A stretch of 64,000 nt of DNA, from NCBI RefSeq assembly GCF_009914755.1, contig NC_060936.1; one strand, written 5' to 3'. A program made the position numbers and the translations under genes. This document shows positions 13,695 to 28,122 of the stretch, in pieces. A model generated the notes under the pieces. The model was not told the origin of the DNA. It worked only from the letters and a program-made list of their open reading frames with translations, and ran no database searches. The DNA comes from the human T2T-CHM13v2.0 reference genome, Homo sapiens. Position 1 is the stretch's first letter, and each line of letters starts with the position of its first letter.

Positions 13695-14083
13695 TTCTGG
13701 AGAAACAAATCCAGAAAGCTAATACTATGTTTCACTGATACTTTTGCTGTCAAAACGTTGCAGAATAATATCCAACTTGATGATTTTCAGATTTATATTT
13801 AAAATGTTCAGAGTAACTCAGAATGATCTTCTGTTTGATGCCACCTCACTTATCTTCACAAAAGATCTTTCTGTTTTTTTTTATATTCATCTCACTAGTA
13901 GGCCTGAAATATGTGCAAGAAGATCCAGTCTCACATATCTTAATTTAAAAAAAACTTTAACATTATTTTTAATCAGCTACTGACTTACAAATTAAATAGT
14001 AAATGTAGTAAATGTGCCCACTCATCATTGGCACTGAGAGCAATTTCCCACTTGTGAGGACATCTAGAAGGGCAAAGTCAGGT

Positions 14084-14091
14084 ATGCAAAT
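14084..14091. promoter_or_regulatory. Octamer ATGCAAAT 390 bp upstream of the TAS2R67P ATG
   Basis: Exact motif inside a block homologous to 20545-20650. Confidence 0.55.
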
Positions 14092-15937
14092 ATCAAACAG
14101 ATTTCTTTACACTGATTTGTAATTTTCTCCTCAACTGAAAGTCAATACCATTTGGATTTGAATATCTTAATTTTAAAAGAATTATCTAAAAATAACCTCT
14201 ACAATATATGTATTACTCATTAGTTTCATTAAATAAACTCCATAATTTTCCAATTCTACTTTAGAGGAATTAAGTGTAATAAAAAGAAGCATCAAAAAGC
14301 TCACAGAGTAGTGAAAAGAAGCAACATTAAATGTGCTTTTACTACTGAATGTAACCACAGTTTGATCAAAATGCAATTACAACACAGAGGAGGGTGTTAT
14401 AAAATCTATGGCCAATAACTAATTCTAGTTTCATGAAGATAATGACAGTTGGCTTGGGTCTTGAAGCTTTTAGGATTTCTTAAAGAAATAGACAAAAAGG
14501 GAGATGATTTTACATAATTATGTAAAAGCATATGTAAAGAAACAAAAAGTATTCCTTTATCTGAGCTATTTTACTGAACTTTTGAGCTTGGTTTCCAATG
14601 CCTTCCTGGCTATTTGATTTTGAATAAGCTCTTATCAACTGAAATGAAAAAAAAATAGTAAAAAAGGATGGAAAAATAGCAAAAAAACATAAGAGGGAGA
14701 ATAGGAGGGAGATTCTCCTTTTCATTAATTCTTCCTTTGGTAAAATTCTTTGTCTCATAAAAATGTATCCACAGTAAAATACATTTTATAATTTATTTGT
14801 ATTATTTTGTAACTCTAATACAATGTTTTTCAAACTTGACTGCACATTGGAGTTAACTTGGGAGATTTAAAAAAACATATTGATGCCTGTGGGCCACTCC
14901 CAGGGATTTTTTTTACCTAATTGGTCTGGAGTACATTGCTGGCACTCACTGAGAGGCTCTTGATGTATGTCTTACAGTGACTCCCAAACCCAGGCAAAAA
15001 TATTTCTACCCAAAAGCTGCAAATCTATGATTCTGCAAGGACAGGACAGGATTTTGCCTGCCTTGTTCTCTAACAATGTGTTTCTCATTCAGCCAATTTT
15101 GACGCTGACTGGCAAACTGGCCACCAACTCTCTTAACAACCACATAAGCGACTTTTTTGTTGTTGTTCATTAGTCTGTTTCCAATTCACAGAACATAAAG
15201 GGCATGGATAATAGCAGGTCTTCCATAACTATTTGTTAAATGAATTAGTGCTAACTTAGTTGGCAGTCCCACTAGCAGCACACAAAAGGAGAAAATGAAT
15301 TAGGCTTGACTGTGAAACAAGTATCAGAGCAAGAAAAGAAAGTACCTCCTTACAGAAAATGTTACATTCATGTATGAGCTTATGAAAGATTTCTGTTCTA
15401 ATCCTGAAAAACCCAACACTGCTCTGTAATCTTTCTAGTTCAATCAAGAAATCATACAGAATCAAAAGGAACATGGTCTGCCACCCAAGATGGGGGAGGC
15501 TTGGTACTTTTCTTCATGAAAAGGAACTACTTCTGTTGAAGATGGCTAGAAAACTAGATTTCATGACCCAAGAAGCAAGATAGCCCTAGAGATCACTAAT
15601 GTTTTCAGAAATGCTCTGCAAGTCATGTAAAGGCTAATTGAGAAGAAGATTCCATTGATAGGCATGGTTTAGCTGTGAAAAACACCGAAAACAAGTCAGT
15701 CAGGAGATAGTGATTAAAGAACATCTAAGTTTGTAGTTACGCTGAAGAAACTAAAAATAAAAGATGCAATAACAAGTATAAAAACCACAAGTCCCATATA
15801 CTATGAGTTGTATTCAAAGTCCAAGTTAATAATCACAATTTTTTAAATCTACATAATTAATCTATGTCCTACTCTAGACAAAATATCATCCAGTGTCTAG
15901 AATGAAAGCAAAATGACTGTGCAAATATACAAACACC

Positions 15938-16060
15938 CCCTAAAATAACTATTGGGTAATAGGCTTAATACCTGGGTGATGAAATAATCTGTACAACAAA
16001 CTCCCATGACATGAGTTTACTTGTGTAACAAACCTGCACATTTACCCCTGAAACTAAAAG
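15938..16060 (+). mobile_element. L1 3' end fragment
   Basis: 'ggcttaatacctgggtgatgaaataatctgtacaacaaac'. Confidence 0.85.
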
Positions 16061-16578
16061 TTTTTTTGTAAAAAAAAAAAAACACCCCTTAAAGCATGAT
16101 CTGGCTCAGAGAAGATGCTGTCTAATGAAGATTTTGCTAGAAAAAGCCACCTACTAAGACATAGCAGATAAACCACCCAAGACAGTGAGGAAATTGGTGC
16201 TCCTTTTTCTTGGAAATCAGTATTGGTATGGGTTTCTACCTGATGTTACATTCAGTACAGTTTAAGAAAACATGCCTTGATATACTTGATTTGTGTCTTA
16301 TTTGCCTTCAGAACTAGAGCTATGGGTTGGAGATAAGCCAATTTCAGCAGTAGAAACAGGTTATTTGTTCCTGTCCTATAAATTACCTGACTGTATGCAT
16401 TGAAATAACCACAATGATTACACCCAGTATCTTGAAATGAGCATTTATTTGACAAGTGAGATGAGTGGGAGTCTATAAAAATGAGTGATAATTTCCCTCT
16501 TTCCCCAACAGCTGGGTCCCAGGGTAGGTCATAATCCCATCAGTCTTGTTGATGGGATGTTGCATGTTGCATGTGTCA

Positions 16579-17014
<436 letters not shown>

Positions 17015-18378
17015 CGGATTACAATACATCAATTGCAATAACCAGAATATGTCCCGGGCTGCTCTTACTACTTTTTTGTTTTGCTTCTATTGTGAAGAAT
17101 GGGGTCCTGTTCCTTGTAGTCCCATCTCCCTGGGGTTGCTGCCTACTAAGTGTTAGACATGTATTACTCTTAATTAGACATGTATTAATTTACCACTAAG
17201 GTTGCTTATGAGTTGGATCAACTGCTTATCAAAGAAAAGTTTACTGACACAAAAATATAAATAGTATTTTGTGTTTTAAAGAATACAAGGTTAAGTCATT
17301 TATATAAAAGAATATCTTTAAAATAAACTCAGTATCTAAGTCTAAAATATATTCAGCTTGATTTGCACATTACCTTTTATCAAGGCAAGAAAATTATAAT
17401 TATAATCTTTGACAAAATACTAAATTAGTGATCAAAATAATATATGTACATTTTATTTTGTAAAATGCAAATTACTAAAAAAAGATGTTGTATTATCATT
17501 AAAACAATCATCAACATCATTGTTATTGATACATGATACCATATAGCCCAGATGTACTTACAATTTCATTTTATGCATATGGGGAGGGGGAAGTACTAAT
17601 AATTCTAACATCATTTCCGGCTCCAGGGCACAGCTGTGGAGTCATGCCCTCAACTATAGCTTCATCAAGATTAATTTACAAGCATGTATTTATCAGTATT
17701 TAATAGCACATTTTTGTTTCTGTAATCTAGCACAATATAAAGAACATATCAAAAGTAAATTCTAAAAGGAATTCTTTGTTATTAAAAAGTTTCACTATAC
17801 AGCTTCTGTACAGTGTTTTAATCTATGCCATCATATTCAAAATTTTTAGTAAATTTTCCCACCCTTAGCCTTATTTACAATCTGTAGTTTGTTACCTTAT
17901 CTAATCTTAGATTATCACAGTCAAAGCAGCACTATGTATACATATGCTTGTCTAAAATTTACAATAAGCCTGCAACATTCTATAAACAACATCACTTTGC
18001 TTTCTGTGCCTTGCTGGTTAACATTGTTTCTATTTTTTCCTCTAAGAAATACAGTGATCAGATTGCAACAAAATGCATGTCACATAAACAAACACAAACA
18101 CAAACATCCTCAGAATGTAATTATGATCTTTTTGTAGTAGCAATATGAGTATAATTGTGAATTAAGACATAAACTTCTATAATTTTAGTTCTATTACATA
18201 ACATGGTAGAAACATTGGTTTCTGCCTCTCTGAAAATGCATATTGCATGTCCTAGAATTTAGCAAAATTAGCATGTGCCTAGAAACATCAAAATGTTTAT
18301 TATTTGGGGTTTTAAATTGACATCAGCATTAAATCATGTGTTTCCAGTTTCCATTTAAAGATAATTTATTTTATTTCA

Positions 18379-18793
<415 letters not shown>

Positions 18794-19224
18794 TTAGCTT
18801 TGAAGCTATGAGGCTATATTTTTCCTGCTGTGACTTTAGTTTTTAATTAGATTTTCTATCCACATTGTATATATCTTTTACCCATTCAAGTTTGTAATCT
18901 ATCTTGCTTTTAAAGACACACACCTTTTTCTCCACAAGTTGCAATTACCTATCGTTTGCATATAAAATTAAATAATTTAGATTTTTTGAAATAATATGTG
19001 AGGTTAAAATATTGCTTGCCAATGCTCCAAACAAAAATGATTACTTTTAAAATGGTATCGACCGGCAATGTGTGAATTACCATCAAAAGCAACCTGGTAG
19101 GATTTCATTTATGTTCCAAAATACTTAGAGAAACCCAGTAGAAAAAAAAAAAAAAAACAGTGGAAGTGATCCCCAAATGCTCCTTGTTGAGTTATTCTCT
19201 TAGAAAAGCTTCTGTAAAGTCTGT

Positions 19225-20169
19225 CTACAAAGGTAAAGGGTTTGGTGTTTTTGTATAGTTCCTAAGATGCCACAGTAGCCTCACAGCTGTCTGTTGCAGC
19301 TTGCTGTTTCCCAGAATGAGAATAAATGAGTGGCACGAGGGAAAGGCATTTAAGGCTAACATGACAAACTTTATGCACTTGTTGTTCCACAACATAAAAA
19401 ATATCCAATTGGCCACTTGTAAGGAAAAAAAATGAACTATGAAGAGGAAAAGGAAAGACATCACCATTTTCATGGCCCTCCTATGGGCCTCTGTGCTGGA
19501 GTCTCTAGAGCCCAAGGAACTGAGCTTCAAATTTCTAGTATGTCTCACCAAGGACAGAAATAAAAAAAGCAAGGAGGTCAGGAACAGAGAAAAGGGGATA
19601 AAACTGGTCAAGCTGAGAAGAGTTTTTAAAATAGAGAGTTTATCATAGAGAGTTTTACTTTCATCTAAATATAAAGTCAGATTACTTTTATCTATTATAT
19701 TGAGTGAGATATCAATAAATATTTCTAGCACTAAACTGTCAAAAATCAGTAAGAACAAAGACAATATAAGAAGCATAACAATCATTCCGTTCATCCTCCA
19801 CCTCAGCCAGAGGAAAAGGGAGTGGGGGAAGTGGGCTATCTTAAAGAAATAGAAAATGCTTAGGCAGGTGGCAAGCCAGGTTGTCAAGTGATTAGTCATG
19901 TGCCAAAGCATAATAACAGTTTTTCCTAGTCTATATGTGGTATATAAATGTGAAGCAAGTCCCACTAGAAATGAATCAAACAGTATCACCAACAGTTGTC
20001 CAATTGTGGAGATAGCCAAGCAGGTGAGGATGAAGTCAGCTGAGAAGACCTTTTGGTTCTTGATCCCTTCAGAGCAGTTTACCAGTCCAATGAACACATT
20101 CCCCAGCATGCTGATGATGAATTCTGCTATTGCCAGAATCAGAAAGATTTTGTCCAATTCGGTGGCCAT
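19225..20169 (-). CDS. TAS2R42: Bitter taste receptor type 2 member 42 (314 aa, intronless 7TM GPCR)
   Basis: ATG at 20169 (MATELDKIF...) to TAG at 19225; motifs GNVFI, FYFFKIA, LFLWLRWR, N163 glycosylation sequon NLT, AHRRAMK, HSFILILGNSKL. Confidence 0.97.
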   Translation of the reverse strand: MATELDKIFLILAIAEFIISMLGNVFIGLVNCSEGIKNQKVFSADFILTCLAISTIGQLLVILFDSFLVGLASHLYTTYRLGKTVIMLWHMTNHLTTWLATCLSIFYFFKIAHFPHSLFLWLRWRMNGMIVMLLILSLFLLIFDSLVLEIFIDISLNIIDKSNLTLYLDESKTLYDKLSILKTLLSLTSFIPFSLFLTSLLFLFLSLVRHTRNLKLSSLGSRDSSTEAHRRAMKMVMSFLFLFIVHFFSLQVANWIFFMLWNNKCIKFVMLALNAFPSCHSFILILGNSKLQQTAVRLLWHLRNYTKTPNPLPL

Positions 20170-20552
20170 CTCCAGAGACAAAAAAATCCAAGTTTTTAAT
20201 ACTTTGTATCATTAATAAATTTACAATCAAACCATTGCAGAAGAGCATTCATATCTGATACTTATCTTCATTGCTTTTATTGCACTTCCAGTCTTGATCA
20301 GAACCTTCTGCTGTTGGATAGAGTCTCATATACTTAAGGAAGTCTTTGCCTATTTTTACTATAATTCTGATCTTAATCCCAAAAGATCTACTAAGGGATG
20401 CAGTCTCACATACCTTCACGGGAGTGTTTTCATTTCTTTGAAAGAGCTGCTGAATTCTAAACCAAACAGTTTCTGTGTCCATTTATCATTGTCATGGGCT
20501 GAAACTTTCCACTTGTGGTAATGATTAAAAGGATAAAGTCAAGTATATTAAT

Positions 20553-20560
20553 ATGCAAAT
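20553..20560. promoter_or_regulatory. Octamer ATGCAAAT 384 bp upstream of the TAS2R42 ATG (second copy at 20736-20743)
   Basis: Exact motif, positionally conserved with the paralogue. Confidence 0.55.
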
Positions 20561-21699
20561 ATAGACTGGATTCCCCCCCTTTCTCTGATTTGTACATTTC
20601 TGCTCACCTGAAAAACTACACCACTTGGATCCAAATATCTTTATTGTTTTTCAGAGGAAGCTGCAGATATAATCTAATAATTTTGTTATTATTCAACGAA
20701 TATATTTTATAAGTGCCTGCTGTGTTTCTGATCTTATGCAAATGCAATATATTTACCACAAAAAAAAGCATTAAGAAGTCTATAAAATAGTGAAAACAGG
20801 AAAAAAACAATGAGACAGAATCAAGAATAAAATGTGCTATTAAAGCAGAAAAGGGAACTACAAACACTACTGTTGGGGAGAAAAGGGGGGTGACATTTGC
20901 TTTGGATCTGGAAAATACTTAGAATTTCATGAGGAAACTCAAGTCATATTTTGAACTCATTGAATAATATCCGAAAGATACCGAAACCCAAACTACTTTT
21001 TTGAAATTAAAGTCCTACTGATATTTCAGTCTAAATGTTCCTCAGGTATCTTATAGTAACTTGTTCAAAATTAAACATGGTTTTGCTCTTTACCTTGGTT
21101 TTATATATGTTCTATTTTTTTTTTGGCAAGAGATATATTGCTACCAATTTAGCCTTAATAGACAGGTAGAAAATTGTTTTAGATGAAATAAGGAAAGAGG
21201 AAACAAAAGTATTTGTTCTACATTCTAGGAACAATTATTTTGACAAAAACCCCCAATGCACCATAATTGAACTCAGAGTTACAGATTATGTGTCTTGGTT
21301 TATGGTCAGCAAACAGATATTCTATTACTAGAAATTAGTGTTCAAGTGTTGCCAGACAAAAATTAACCCAAAAAATGAATGAAATCATTTTTAAAACTTG
21401 GACCTTTTTAATGTTGCTGTCATACTCCTCAATTAAATTCTATTAATTAACATTTAAAAGTGTATATTTTAAGAATGATGTTGTATAAAGAACTACTGGT
21501 AAGTTATTTCCTATGAACAAAAATATTTTCATTTAGGACAGATATTTAAAATTATAGTAAGACAGGAGGAGAAAAAGAGTAAGCAAGAAAGGAAGGAAAG
21601 AAAGAAAAGAGGGAGGGAAGGAAGAGAATGAGAAAGAGGAAAGGAAGAGAGAGACAAAGAAAGAAAAAGGAGGGAGCTTCTGAGACAAAGGCTGAATGA

Positions 21700-22400
21700 A
21701 AATGAAGAAATGTAGCAATATCATAGGAAGGAGAATGATGGCTTCGGCCAAATTAGTGTCTAGAGATGGAAAGAAATATATGGCTATGAGAAACAATTAA
21801 GGGAAAGAATCAATAGTCTGTGTGATGGATTTGGAGGCTAGAAAAAGGAGGAGGAGTCTGCAATGAAATGCATTTAGGCTCTCCTTTCACTGCTGGATGC
21901 ATGTGGTACTGTGATCTGAGGGAATCACTGGAGGAAGAATAGGCTTAGAAGCCAAAAAGTAGGAGAAAGAAGAAAAGTTTGAAGATGAGTTCTGTTTTGA
22001 ACGTTTTGGAGTATCTGTAAAGTCATCGAAGTGGAAGGTTGGAGTAGGCACTTTGATATTTGTGACTGCAGCTCAGAAAAGAAATTTGGACCACATGGGG
22101 AGGTTTGGAGAACATCAACACATATTTGATTTTATTAGAGGTGAGGCGCTCCAAGGGCCCTGAGGAACACTAGACAATAAAGAAACCAAAGGAAAAATTA
22201 AGAAGCCATCAGAAGGAAGAGGAAAACCGAGAGACTAGGATTTCAAAGCTACTAAGAGCAAGGAGTGTTACAAGGAGGGTAATCAGTACTTCATGATATT
22301 AATGAAAAGTCACTTACTAGATTGAGGACCAAGGAACTACTTAGTTAACTTAGCAAGAGCAGCTCAACTGATGACAAAGCAAACTACCATGGATTAAAGA
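21700..22400 (-). mobile_element. L2-like remnant
   Basis: Degenerate L2 3' phrases ('gatgagttctgttttgaacg', 'gccctgaggaacac'); boundaries rough. Confidence 0.5.
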
Positions 22401-23625
22401 GTCAATGAGACCCCAATAATGAAGCATTAGAAAACCAATTAATGTAATTCAGTACATTAACAGATTAAAGGAGAAACATTCAGAAAAAAATTTGATACAA
22501 TTCTGCATCTATTCACAAATATTCTTAGCAAAATTAGCTGAGCTAATTTTTAATCTGCAAAAATCTGCAAACATCTTTTGCATTTCTTCATACCATCAAC
22601 AGTTTAAGTCTGAAAATACCTTAGCTTTTATGCCCATATAATTAGCTTATAATTAATACATATTGAATATAATCAAACATTCCAGAGTTTTAAAAAATTT
22701 AAACCATTATCACACTCTTTTTCTCATTTTACGTATTATTCAAGAACATTAAGTTCTCTGACTGTGTCATTGGATATATTCAGTTTTCCTGCTTGGTATC
22801 TTAATTATAGACTGTCTTCCAGTCTAAAGCAACTACCTCTAATATCATATCAGCCATCCCCTCTCTCCACAAAGACCAGCCCTGCTCCTTTTACCTAGTC
22901 CAGTCACTCAGTATTTTTTCTTTTTCAAAACCTATGGGCTGTACTTTTCCATGTGGGGTGATGGGTAACAAGAGAGTTTCTCCTTCACTATTATGCAAAC
23001 ACAGACCGATATTGTTACTCTTTTTGCATTTTCTTTGCCTAATGAATTTCCATTTGTATCTTTAGCTATGGAAGATCTAGAGGAAGAATTTACAGATCGT
23101 AAATATTAAAATTCAATCTAAAAGTCTCTTCATCCAAGCATGTGAGAAAAATCTTGGTCAGAATCTTGTTCAGAATAGGAGGAAGAGGATGTGTGGCATG
23201 CCTTATAGTCTTTCAATGGGCAGAGTAGTGGTTTGACCACTTACAAATTTACAAATGTGGATTGTACCATACTGTAGCCCTTATTCTCTGTTTTGTCCAC
23301 AGGTACCAGGGGAATCTATACCTGAAGCATTACTGGAGTCAAGGTATAAAACATTTATGTTCTCTTATCTAATAAGTCTAAGAACTGAACTGCAAAGGAT
23401 TTTAGTTTGCCAGAACTTGCCCTTCGTATGTTAATGTAAAGGATGTTGGTACTAATTAGAATGGTTCTTGCCAATGTGAGGGTACTAACCGATATGCTAT
23501 TTATGTCCACTTGTTCAACTATATCTCTTTTGAAATACCTGAATAATTTTAGAAATGAACCAAGAAATTAGTTGAGAAGAAACCAAATAATATCTAAGGG
23601 AGAAATCATATACAACTTCAGGGAT

Positions 23626-25631
23626 TATCTTAGTTTGTTTGTACTGCTGTAACAGACTATCACAAACTGGGTAATTTATAAGAAAAGAAACTGATTTCTC
23701 ACAGTTTGAGAGGATGGGAAGTTCAATATCAATGTGTTAGCCTCTGGCAGAGGCCTTCTTGCTGCATCATCCCATGGCAGAACGTCAAAGAGAGGGAGAC
23801 AGAGACAGAGTAAACTCACACTTTTAAAAGAAACCAACTCATGTGATAAACCCACTCCTGTGATAACAGCATGGATCCATCCATGAGGGTAATGCCCTCA
23901 CGACCTAACACCTTTTAAAGGTCCCACCTCCCAATACCTCCAGGTCTCCAACAAGTGAACTTTGTGGGACACATTCAAATCATAGCATTTCACCCCTGGG
24001 CCCCCAAAGGTATGTCCTTCACACATGCAAAATTCATTTCCTCCCTTCCAGTAGCCCCCACATTGTAACTCATTCTAGCACCAACTTAAAAATCCAAACT
24101 CCAGAGTCTCATCCAAGTCAGATATGGATAAGACTCAAGGCACAATTCATCCTGAGGCAAATTCTCCAGCCATGAGCCTGTGGAATCAAAACAAGTTACC
24201 CACTTCCGAAATTCAGTGGTGGGACAGACATATGAAAGACATTTCCATTCCTGGGAAAAATAGGCAAGAAAAGAGGGGCAATTGGCCTTAAGTAAGTCCA
24301 AAACCCAGCAGGGCAAACCATATTAAATCCTAAGGGTTGAGAATAATCTTTGACTCCATGTCCCACCTTCTAGACCCACTGGGTCAGGGATTGGGCCCCC
24401 AATTTCCCAGGCAGCCTCACCTCCACAGCTTTGCTTGTCTCAGTTCACTCCTGAGCAGCTCTCACAGGTTGGAGTTTTGTGCCTATAGATCTCCCAGACT
24501 GGTTTTGTGAGGCAGCACAGGGCAGTGAATGCTGAGGTCTTTCAGGCACCTCTCTGGAAGCTTTGACCTTAAGGTCCTAACTTGCGTAACTTCTGGTCCT
24601 AACTCCATGATCTCGGAAATATCTTCCAGGTCATTCTCCCTTTGTCTTATGAATAGAACTTGGCTTCCTTCTAGCCAGATTAATATTTTCAGCAAATGAC
24701 CACTTGGCCAAACCCTTCTTATTCTCTCTCGAACATGCTTTTTTATTCTTTATATGGCCAGGCTGAGAGTTCTCCAAATTTTTCTATTAGTCTTCACTTT
24801 TCATTATAAATTCCATCTTTAAATCATTTCTCTCTCCTCAACATTTTACTATATGTGCTTGAAAGAAGCCATGGAGCCCACTGAATGTTTTGCTGCTGAG
24901 ATGTCTCTTCCATCAGATATCGTAGTTCACCTCTCTTAAATTCTGCCTTCCATAAAGCCAAAGGGCATGAACAGAATTCTGCCAAGTTTTTTTGCCACTT
25001 CATAACAAGGATGATCCTTACTCCAGTTTCCAATAAGACATTTCTCTTTTCCACCTGAGACCTCATCAGAATGGCGTTTACTCTCTATATGTCTACCAAC
25101 ATTCTCATCAGGACCATAAAAGTAATCTCTAAGAAGTTGCAGACTTTCCCTACAGTTATCCTCGCCTGAGACCTCAGTGGAATCACTCTTAATACAAAAT
25201 TTGTGGCAATCTAGGCTTTTTCTAGCCTGCTCCTCCCATACCAATTTCCTGTCTTAGCCTGCTTTGTGCTGCTCTAACAAAATACCACAAACTGGGAAAA
25301 TTATAAAGAAAGAAATTTATTCCTCAATTCTGGAGTCTGGGAAGTCCAATATAAAGGTGCCAGCATGTGGTAAGGGATTTCTTACTGTGTCATCTTATGG
25401 GAGAAGGGCAAAAAGAGAGAGAGAGAACGAGAATGGGGCTTAACTTGTCCTTGTATAAGGAATCAGCTCCTGTAATAACAAACCCACTACTCAATAATTG
25501 TGTTAAGCCATTTATGAGGGTTGTGCCTTCATGACCTAAACACTTCTTAAAGTTTCCACCTCCAAAAACCTCCACACTGGGGATCAAGCTTCTAACACAT
25601 GAACTTTGGGGGACATATTCAAACCATAGCA
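23626..25631 (-). mobile_element. Two-LTR MaLR (MST-like) element with internal region
   Basis: Similar LTRs at about 23626-23987 and 25250-25631, ending 'cattcaaatcatagca' and 'tattcaaaccatagca', flanking MST-internal-like sequence. Confidence 0.8.
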
Positions 25632-25764
25632 GCCATGTATTTTACTAATTATAAAAAACAATAGTAACAACAACAATAATAAAAGGTATCATTTCTAGAA
25701 CTCTTACTATATGCCTGGCTCTGGATAAAATGATTGACTTGCATTTGTGCATATATTAACTTAA

Positions 25765-26550
25765 GAAAATGCATGACAACCAATGAGCATATGAAAAGAA
25801 GCTCAATATCCCTGATCATTCAAGAAAAATTAATCAAAACCACAATGAGATATCATTGCACACCAGTCAGAATGACTATTATTAAAAAGTCGAAAAATAA
25901 CAAATGCCAGTGAGGTTGTGGAGAAAAAGAAGTGCTTATACCCTATTGGTGGGAATGTAAAGTAGTTCAGCCATTGTGGAAGAAAATGTGGCAGTTCCTC
26001 AAAGATCTAAAGCCAGAACTACCATTCGACCCAGCAATCCCATTACTGGGTATATACCCAGAGGAATATAAATCATTCTGTTATAAAGACACATACATGC
26101 AAATGTTCATTGCAGTACTGTTCATAATAGCAAAGACATGGAATCAACCCAAATGCCCATCAATGATAGACTGGTAAGGAAAATGTGGTACATATACACC
26201 ATGAAATACTATGCAGCCATAAAAAAGAATAAGATCATGTCCTTTTCAGGGATACGGATGGAGCTGGAGGCCATTATCTTTAGCAAACTAATACAGAAAC
26301 TGAAAACCAAATACTGCCTGTTCTCACTTATAAGTGGGAGCTAAATTATGAGAACACGTGGACTCATAGAGGGGAACACCACACACTGAAGCCTCTTGGA
26401 GGGTGGAGGGTGGGAGGATGAAGAGGATCAGAAAAATAACTATTAGGTACTAGGCTTAATTCCTGGGTGATAAAATAATCTGTACAACAAACCCCCACAA
26501 CACAAGCTTACTTATGAAACAAATCTGTGTTTGTACCCCTGAACTTAAAA
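25765..26550 (+). mobile_element. 5'-truncated L1 (ORF2 C-terminus and 3'UTR)
   Basis: ORF2 end peptides '[15 protein letters not shown]' and 'WYIYTMKYYAAIKKN'. Confidence 0.9.
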
Positions 26551-27844
26551 CGTGATTTCTGGGTGTGTCTGTGATGCTGTCTGAAAGAGATTAGCATTTA
26601 AATTGGTTGACTGAGAAAAGAAGATCATCCTCAACAATGTAGGTGGGTTTCCATTCATCTCTGGCCCTACTGCTGGGTCTGAGGACCATTCTTGGGACAG
26701 ATGTAATTTAAAGCTGACACAGTGTTAAATGGTTGCATGAGAACCAGGTCTTGGGTGCTTTGGACTCAGATCTTCATCATCTCTTGGGGGAGCATAGTAG
26801 AGCTAGATATCAGAGTTCCATTCTACTGATTTTTTTTTTAACATCAATCATGTTATATCTAGTGAACATGGCTCCTTCCACCTCCATCTGCTTCTGTTCA
26901 TGAGAACCAAACTAACTTTTCTCTGGTCTCTCTCTAAGGGTATGTGTTAGGGTGTGAGGGCAAGTGATTGTCTCCATTGATTTATTTCTTGTTATTTCAT
27001 AGGCATAAGGAAGGGGGATCTAATTACTATTGGCTCAAGGAGCCATATTTAAGAAAGCAAACATTGGTTTTCTAAGTGAGTCATACAACTTGCATATAGT
27101 TAATTTTAGTTAATTTTTAAAAATTGAGGCAACTCATACCTGTTATTGAAATCCAACTATTTTCAATGAATACCAAGGTACTGTAGAAGAAAATTCCAGT
27201 TATATAGGATAATATCTGCTTTACTTTTTCTCATCCTAACAAGTTTTGATAATTATAAATGAAATTTAAATTCTGTTTTACTGTGAATCAAGAGTATAAA
27301 ATTCTACTCTGGGCCTAGGTGATAAACAAAAGCTTTATTAGCACTTATTTGGAAAATTCAGATAGGGCAAGGTCTCTTTAAAATAATATTGGCGTCTGTT
27401 ATTGAGCACTCAGCATGTGCAAAGCACAGTGCCAGGCATTTTTATACATTGTGCCATTTAACTAGCACAACAAAACTTCAAAGTGGTGGCATTACAGCCA
27501 TTTAGAAGATTAAAAAGTTTTCAGTCCTTTAATTAAACGTAACAGTTTTGTAATGGCTACAATGTGAAAGAATGAAGCTAATAATTGTGTGCTGTTGTCA
27601 TCTGAAATGCAACTGGACACTGTCACTAATTTTCTTATATATATCCACTCTTCCGTGATTTATTTGCTGTGTGTATGAATGTAATATGGCCCAGAAAAGA
27701 ACCATGGCTCTCTGTTTTTATCTAAATTTCCTTTTCTTTTCTTTATATATTTTGAGAAATATATTTTTATTTAACTATTTAAAAATGAATCATCATTTTT
27801 CAGAAGCTAAAATACACAGATGGGTACAAACATCTGTGAGATGT

Positions 27845-28122
27845 TTTGAGATAGGGTCTTGCCCTGTCACCAAGGCTGGAGTGCAGTGGCACAACCATGG
27901 CTCAGTCCAGCCTCAGCTGCCTGGGCTCAAACAATCCTCCTCCTCCTGAGTACCTAGGATTTTAGGTACGCACCACCATGCCCAGCTATTTTCTTCTATG
28001 TTTTGTAGAAACAGAGTCTTGCTATGTTGCCTAGACTGGTCTGAAAGTCCTGATCTCAAACAATCCTCCCGCCTCAGCCTCCTAAAGTGCTGGGATTACA
28101 GGCATAAGCCACTATGTGCAGC
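27845..28122 (-). mobile_element. AluJ
   Basis: Diverged reverse Alu ('gggctcaaacaatcctcc'). Confidence 0.88.

Noticed and set aside
20170-20181. 4-codon N-terminal extension of TAS2R42 in the ORF track (318 aa)
   Set aside because: It starts at a TTG; the first ATG at 20169 gives the expected 314-aa protein
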